Origin: Candidatus Thorarchaeota archaeon
Lineage (GTDB): Archaea > Asgardarchaeota > Heimdallarchaeia > Hodarchaeales > Hodarchaeaceae
Direction of reading: 5' to 3'
Assembly: GCA_048882505.1 (NCBI GenBank)
Contig: JBHLRO010000054.1
Span: 1 to 7,229 of the forward strand
Length of the DNA: 7,229 nucleotides
Positions 1 through 4,972 of this stretch are shown here, piece by piece (the stretch's first letter is position 1; every line of letters begins with the position of its first letter). A program made the translations under genes and the position numbers. Under the pieces are notes generated by a model. The model saw only the letters and a program-made list of their open reading frames with translations. It made no database searches and was not told the DNA's origin.

Positions 1-579
1 TCGAAGCTGGATCCTGCCCTCCTTGAACATCTTGTCCAAGACCGTACCCTTCTGAAAGAGCAAATCCAAATGCTGACTAAACTCATGAGTGAATTCTGTG
101 GCGCAGTCCTTGATGCTGGCTCTGATGGCCTTTTCTTGACAACCCAACACTTTAATTCTCTCCTCAGCGCATCTAGCCTCAACGATTTTGAGTTCCAACC
201 TCTAAAAGCACTTCTCGATCAATACCACCATAAATCGGCCTTCAATGTGCTTCATCTGCACGGAAATTCTCCATTTTTCCATAAAGCCACAGAACTTCCT
301 CATGTCTCAGCTATTAATTGGCATGATCAGAGAACGAAACCTTCACTTCTTGAAGCTCGTCAACATTTCGACAGGGGCCTCCTGGGAGGTCTTGATGAAA
401 TGGGGATACTGAAAACCGGAACCAGAGGCGATATCGAACAGGCCATTTACTCTATTCACAGGCAATTTAATGATTGGGGCTTAATGTTTGCCCCAGGATG
501 TGTCCTCCCCCTCGATATTCCTGATGAACACCTAACATGGGTAGCAGAAGCAATAAACTCTCTGCAGCCCATAGGTTGA
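1..579 (+). CDS. Uroporphyrinogen decarboxylase (URO-D)/MtaA-CmuA superfamily TIM-barrel protein, 5'-truncated by the window edge; probably not true HemE
   Basis: The frame is open from base 1 (SKLDPALLEHLVQDRTLLKEQIQ-MLTKL...), so ATG 70 is probably internal. Stop is TGA 577-579. The C-terminal half has family-typical motifs: AGSDGLF, FNVLHLHG, AINWHD, LLGGLDE..L..GT...I, and GLMFAPGCVLPLDIPDEHL. Confidence 0.8.
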   Translation, partial: SKLDPALLEHLVQDRTLLKEQIQMLTKLMSEFCGAVLDAGSDGLFLTTQHFNSLLSASSLNDFEFQPLKALLDQYHHKSAFNVLHLHGNSPFFHKATELPHVSAINWHDQRTKPSLLEARQHFDRGLLGGLDEMGILKTGTRGDIEQAIYSIHRQFNDWGLMFAPGCVLPLDIPDEHLTWVAEAINSLQPIG

Positions 580-588
580 CTTCATTCA

Positions 589-631
589 TGAAAAAGGCAT
601 GAGGTGTCCTTTGTTATCATCTAGAAAAAGC
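589..631 (-). terminator. Possible oligo-T (archaeal-type) termination tracts in the 59-bp convergent intergenic gap
   Basis: Downstream of the permease TAA the minus strand has two T5 runs (ggcTTTTTcta and gccTTTTTcat). No GC-rich hairpin is evident. Confidence 0.25.
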
Positions 632-638
632 CCATTGC

Positions 639-3578
639 TTATGATGAAATGTCCTGCACCAATTCGTTAGTTTTTTGGCTTGCTTTAGCTACAATCACTG
701 CAACATTTGAACCTAATATAGTTAAGATAATACCCAGATCTATTTGTGGACGGATGATCATGCCTCCAACATTCACATTTCTTAGTTCTGGGAAAAGAGT
801 CATGAGCCACATACCTATAAAGGCTCCAACAGCACTTGCAAAAAACCCGAGAAGTGATAATTGAGTTACTACTCCCATTAGGACTTGCGCTCTACTAGTA
901 CCCAGCTGACGAAAGACTCTCAAAGTCTTGGAATTGGAAACAATCGGATGCGAAATTACGGACGCGATACTTAGTAGAGACAGCACGGAAACGATAATTA
1001 CGAGACTAGAAAAAGTTGTAATGATGATATTCAATGTTGATTGCAGAAAACCAGATACAAAGTCTCCAGAAAGAACAATTGAGTAAGATTGTCCTTGGCG
1101 AAAATTAAATCCTGATAAGTCGATGACAATGCCCGCTGTAACTTGAATCGGAATTTTATCTTCAAATGCCGTGAACGAAATGAGCTGTCTTGGAAACGAT
1201 TCCTCAAAGAATGTTGCCTTCACTGTCCAGTTTCCCCAAGGCATCTTATAGAATGTTACCTCCCCATTAACATCAGTAAAACCTTCAAAAGTCAAATTGT
1301 AGTAAGAATTGGTGATTTGGATGAATCCCTTGTTCATTTTTTGAGAAAATTTGTTGAGAAGCTCCAGTGTCATCCTTCCGCTCAGTTTCATTGTTTTGAC
1401 GACTGTAAGGATTTGGCTTTCAGATAAGGTAATGTTTTCTTGGAGGATATTCGGCCCCTTTATGAATTTCATGATATAAGTTCCTATTGGGACTATAACT
1501 TCAGATCGCCCTTTCTTGTTTGTCCGTGATTCGGAAGAATACCCATTTTGGTCAATCAAAATTACAGAAATCCCCTCTAAGGGTACGCCATCAGGAGTGA
1601 GGGTGGTAATGTTCAGTTTTACCTTTCCCAAAGGGATTTGATATATGTGATTTCTTAACCGAATTTGGGTTGTCCTATTTATATTGTAGATATCTTTTTC
1701 CACCTGAATATTGTATTGACCAGGGATAGTAAGACTAAAGGAAACTTGACCCGATGAATCAGATATATCTGTCCCTATCAAATGGTTTGAAGCGTTAAAT
1801 ATCCTAATTGTTGCTCCTACAAGCGTATTATTTGGTTGAGATGCTAGTGTACCATTTACCACAATCAGATCCAAACGATAGATATTCACCAGGTCTATGG
1901 CGAGCGTGAAATCGTTTTGAAACGTAATACTGTTGTTTTGTAATTGGCTTTGGTTAGCTGGTGAAATTGCAATCACCTGGTACTCTACTCCCACTTCCAC
2001 TTGGAAATCCACAATTCCATTACTATTCGTGAAATCTTGGGCGACCCTTTGTCCTTCGCTCATAATGGTGACATTGGAAGAAACTAATCCTAATCCATTC
2101 TCTCCTCGTACCCAAACTCTGAGATTTCTCCTCCCTATCTGAATGTATCTTCTAACGTGGGAATAGATGGAAGCAAACTGCCGTTTTATAACACCTCCCA
2201 ATTCAAACCTAATTTCATACTCAGCAGGTTCTAAGAAAATCAAGGTACCATTTTGATAATTCTCGTTGTCATAGATCAAGGTCTGATTCGATGTAAATAG
2301 AATTTGTAAGTGCCCTCCGTTTACCTCAGCTCCCGTATTAATGTCAGTGACAATTAATTCAAGAGAACTCTCAAGTTCAAGTTCAACCGTTGTAGATTCA
2401 TTTACAACAATGTCATACGATTGAAATATCTCACCATGTTCAACATAAAGTGTATGAAAAGTCGCTGTCAGATTATCAAACCTAGCGAATCCTGAGCTGT
2501 TTGTCGGAGATATATGCAAAAACCTATCCCCAAATGTTTCCCAGAGGGTCAACGACGCATTAATAGCTGCTTCCTTATTGTAAGTAACATTGAAAAAGAG
2601 GGTATACCGAGGTTCGCCTATGGTTAGGGAGACAGGGGCGCTAAAAGTTTGATTAACGAGAACAGTCAAAACGGGGCTATTTGGAAGATCGGGAGGAGTT
2701 GCGATAAATTCGTACGTCCCGAAACCCAGTGTAAAATCAATAATACTTCCTATGTTGGCCATTTGCTCTTTGACAAAAGCTCCCTGCGCGGTGTACACTA
2801 CAATAGGGACTTGTGTTGCAGGTGTATTCAGTCTTGGGTCTAAGCTTTTCAAAACCACGGGCACGGTGTATTCAGTGTTTAATATCGTGAATAATTTATC
2901 TTTTGTAATTTCCGCTTCATCAATTAGTACCCGAAAAAAGGAGACATAGCCAATATCCTTGTTTGTTAGTGATTTGCCTAAGGATAACGAGACCAATATC
3001 TCTTCATCGCTAGGAGTATCAGTTTTGATGACCCCCGTTACAAAAACATCCAGCACCATATCAGTTATAGTACTTGCTAGCTTAATGGTATCACCCAGCC
3101 CAATTCCCAGACTTGACGATAAAATATACCCTATTACTGCACCTTTTGGCCGATCTATATCCGCTGTGCCATAACTTGAATCAAACCACGAACCTTCAAG
3201 AAGGGTAATTTCCGCCAATTGTGTGAAAACCGGTGTGACACCTCTAACGAGTACTGATTTTTCGTCAAAATTCTGCGCGACGGCAAAACCCAGTGTTTCT
3301 GCGCTAATTGCCCTAACGCCTCTTATATTTTCAATATCATGTTGAAGGTACTCTGGAACTGCCCCCGTAATGGGGGTCGTCGTTCCTGGCTGCGCAACAA
3401 TTAAAATATCATCGGCTTCTCCTATGAGAAATTCCTCAGTAGTCACTCCGAGCATGAAGGCACCAATCGCTCCTGATGTCGCTGATACTAGCATTATCCC
3501 GATAATGAATAACCATACATCTCGGAGGGCAAATATTTTCACCCTTATTAAATCAAGAGCATTGAATGTGTTCTTCAA
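639..3578 (-). CDS. MacB/FtsX-family (type VII) ABC transporter permease, 979 aa, with about 7 inserted beta-sandwich (carboxypeptidase-regulatory-like/Cna-B-like) repeats
   Basis: TTG start at 3578, 9 nt after the upstream gene's TAG; TAA at 639-641. TM1 is at about aa 22-45. A MacB periplasmic-core-like segment spans about aa 46-236 (VLVRGV, LLEGSWF, AVIGYILSSSLGIGLGDTI, VTGVI, DEEILVSL). The repeat array spans about aa 237-814. The C-terminal FtsX domain has 3 TMs and the motif TLRVFRQLGTSRAQV. The exact start is less certain than the frame. Confidence 0.88.
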   Translation of the reverse strand: MKNTFNALDLIRVKIFALRDVWLFIIGIMLVSATSGAIGAFMLGVTTEEFLIGEADDILIVAQPGTTTPITGAVPEYLQHDIENIRGVRAISAETLGFAVAQNFDEKSVLVRGVTPVFTQLAEITLLEGSWFDSSYGTADIDRPKGAVIGYILSSSLGIGLGDTIKLASTITDMVLDVFVTGVIKTDTPSDEEILVSLSLGKSLTNKDIGYVSFFRVLIDEAEITKDKLFTILNTEYTVPVVLKSLDPRLNTPATQVPIVVYTAQGAFVKEQMANIGSIIDFTLGFGTYEFIATPPDLPNSPVLTVLVNQTFSAPVSLTIGEPRYTLFFNVTYNKEAAINASLTLWETFGDRFLHISPTNSSGFARFDNLTATFHTLYVEHGEIFQSYDIVVNESTTVELELESSLELIVTDINTGAEVNGGHLQILFTSNQTLIYDNENYQNGTLIFLEPAEYEIRFELGGVIKRQFASIYSHVRRYIQIGRRNLRVWVRGENGLGLVSSNVTIMSEGQRVAQDFTNSNGIVDFQVEVGVEYQVIAISPANQSQLQNNSITFQNDFTLAIDLVNIYRLDLIVVNGTLASQPNNTLVGATIRIFNASNHLIGTDISDSSGQVSFSLTIPGQYNIQVEKDIYNINRTTQIRLRNHIYQIPLGKVKLNITTLTPDGVPLEGISVILIDQNGYSSESRTNKKGRSEVIVPIGTYIMKFIKGPNILQENITLSESQILTVVKTMKLSGRMTLELLNKFSQKMNKGFIQITNSYYNLTFEGFTDVNGEVTFYKMPWGNWTVKATFFEESFPRQLISFTAFEDKIPIQVTAGIVIDLSGFNFRQGQSYSIVLSGDFVSGFLQSTLNIIITTFSSLVIIVSVLSLLSIASVISHPIVSNSKTLRVFRQLGTSRAQVLMGVVTQLSLLGFFASAVGAFIGMWLMTLFPELRNVNVGGMIIRPQIDLGIILTILGSNVAVIVAKASQKTNELVQDISS
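1137..2870 (-). repeat. Protein-level tandem array of about seven 79-87-aa beta-rich domains inside the 979-aa permease
   Basis: Approximate units are aa 237-321, 322-403, 404-482, 483-564, 565-651, 652-731 and 732-814. Each follows the pattern hydrophobic strand - G/P-x-V/I-x-I strand - (T/S)(N/D)xxG turn - F - G/P-x-Y strand. The turn motif is seen as PTNSSG, FTNSNG, ISDSSG, RTNKKG and FTDVNG. No DNA-level identity between units is apparent. Confidence 0.75.
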
Positions 3579-3587
3579 TCTTTTACC

Positions 3588-4757
3588 CTACCGATCTCTC
3601 CCATGGGTCGATAACGAAAGGAGACCTGGTGACTTACGAGTAATACGAGTAGCTGGAAAAAGACCAGCAGCTATTGAGACAATATTGGATAGTACAAACA
3701 GGATTAAGATGACATCAGCATTAAAGTCAGGTGCAAAGAATCCTCCCTCAAAAAATAAGGTTAACAATGTGAATAATGAGGAAGGAATTAATATCCCAAA
3801 GAAAAAACCCGCAAAAAATCCAAATAGGCCAATTATTTCTGCAAGGAATAAGATTAGGAAAAACAATTGATTGGATGATAATCCAAACGACCGCATAATT
3901 AAAAGATCTCTTTCATATTTACGCACAAACCAGGAAATAGCGTGGGATTCCCTGATTAAGGCAATAATAAACAAAACAGTGAAGAGAAGATTTAACTTAC
4001 TTACAATATCAGAGAAAAGTCCATCTGCAAAAATATCGGTTTGCTGTTCAGGTTTTATTGTTATCTCAGGAAAGTCTTCTAGAACCTTGTATAAATCACT
4101 AATCGTTTCTTTGATGAATACACCATTCTTTAGACTGATTTTTATCTTCTGGTAGCTCTTGGGTTGAGTTTCGTTATTTTTATCAAAAAGCAACTGAAAT
4201 TTGTCAACATTTAGCAAGATAGAACTCTGAAATTCCTTTATTCCTTGTATAAGTCCACTAATTTGTAGGGTTCCAAATATTCCATCGGATGCATCAGTGA
4301 CATTAATGATAGAAGATTCTAGAAGTGATTGGAGATCACTTCCTGCCAAACACTCACTGGTACTGGAATTCGACGAAGGAATAGATCCTGCGATCACATC
4401 TGCCTTTACGTAATAGCTCAATAGACTAGTAACATTGATACCAACAAGGCGCGTTTGAAATGTTCTATTGCCAGTTGTGATATTAACGTCTCTTTCAAGA
4501 ATAGGCATAACTTGTTGTATGTTAGGATGAATTAACAAAGGGAGAACATCTGAAGATATATTTACATTGCTTGTTTCGAGAAAAAGGCTCGAGGATTCAC
4601 CGGCCCTCTGGGTAATACCGAATATCTGTACAGAAAACCCTGAGATAACCCCTGAGATAGCGACCATCATTGTAATGATCAGGGCAAACCCAATAATCGA
4701 CCGAAGCGAATGCTTATAGCTTCGGCCTATAATTCTCACAATATAGCTTACTAACAC
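3588..4757 (-). CDS. MacB/FtsX-family (type VII) ABC transporter permease, 389 aa
   Basis: GTG start at 4757 with AGGAG 8 nt upstream; TAG at 3588-3590. Architecture is TM1 (SIIGFALIITMMVAISGVISGF), a MacB-PCD-like domain (LVGIN, VIAGSIP, CLAGSDL, ISGLI) and three C-terminal TMs. It has the motifs ERDLLIMRSFGLSSNQL and the terminal LFPATRITRKSP typical of FtsX-domain proteins. Confidence 0.9.
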   Translation of the reverse strand: MLVSYIVRIIGRSYKHSLRSIIGFALIITMMVAISGVISGFSVQIFGITQRAGESSSLFLETSNVNISSDVLPLLIHPNIQQVMPILERDVNITTGNRTFQTRLVGINVTSLLSYYVKADVIAGSIPSSNSSTSECLAGSDLQSLLESSIINVTDASDGIFGTLQISGLIQGIKEFQSSILLNVDKFQLLFDKNNETQPKSYQKIKISLKNGVFIKETISDLYKVLEDFPEITIKPEQQTDIFADGLFSDIVSKLNLLFTVLFIIALIRESHAISWFVRKYERDLLIMRSFGLSSNQLFFLILFLAEIIGLFGFFAGFFFGILIPSSLFTLLTLFFEGGFFAPDFNADVILILFVLSNIVSIAAGLFPATRITRKSPGLLSLSTHGRDR

Positions 4758-4764
4758 CTATTGT

Positions 4765-4771
4765 ACTCCTA
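4765..4771 (-). promoter_or_regulatory. Ribosome-binding site for the 389-aa permease
   Basis: The minus strand reads ttAGGAGtacaatagGTG, a Shine-Dalgarno-like AGGAG 8 nt before the GTG. Confidence 0.65.
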
Positions 4772-4927
4772 ATATTGATCCATTCAAGAATTTTAATTCT
4801 TTCATCCGTTTTCTAGAATCATAGATTTGTTTGAGAGGAGATCATAACTACTTAATTCCGTTGAACTATCACTCCTATATGTATTGTATATTCTTAGATA
4901 AATGAAATTATATCGTCACTAAGACTA

Positions 4928-4940
4928 TATTTAATTTCCT
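4928..4940 (-). promoter_or_regulatory. Candidate archaeal-type promoter (BRE + TATA box) for the permease unit; may also serve the divergent GT-C gene
   Basis: The minus strand reads AGGAAA-TTAAATA, a purine-rich BRE-like hexamer directly followed by a TTWAATA box. The same bases read TATATTTAA on the plus strand (4926-4934), about 40 nt upstream of ATG 4973. The region is AT-rich, so a chance match is possible. Confidence 0.4.
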
Positions 4941-4972
4941 AATAAGCCCTCGAAGACCAAAAGGTTAATCAA

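Noticed and set aside
1-579. Somewhat higher GC in the URO-D-like gene (112 of the first 240 nt counted) than in sampled permease lines
   Set aside because: The difference is modest and explainable by amino-acid composition. There is no integrase, tRNA or flanking repeat to support horizontal transfer.
599-670. 23-aa plus-strand mini-ORF MRCPLLSSRKSPLLMMKCPAPIR, with two CP motifs, in the convergent gap
   Set aside because: It is very short, lacks a convincing RBS and overlaps the permease 3' end in antisense. It cannot be distinguished from chance.
649-4155. Plus-strand ORFs 649-864, 1143-1427, 1933-2142, 2649-2843, 2752-2949, 2959-3174, 3370-3870 and 3871-4155
   Set aside because: All lie antisense to the two well-supported permease genes and show no recognisable motifs. 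They are shadow ORFs; the K/N/I-rich 3370-3870 product is the expected mirror of hydrophobic TM codons.
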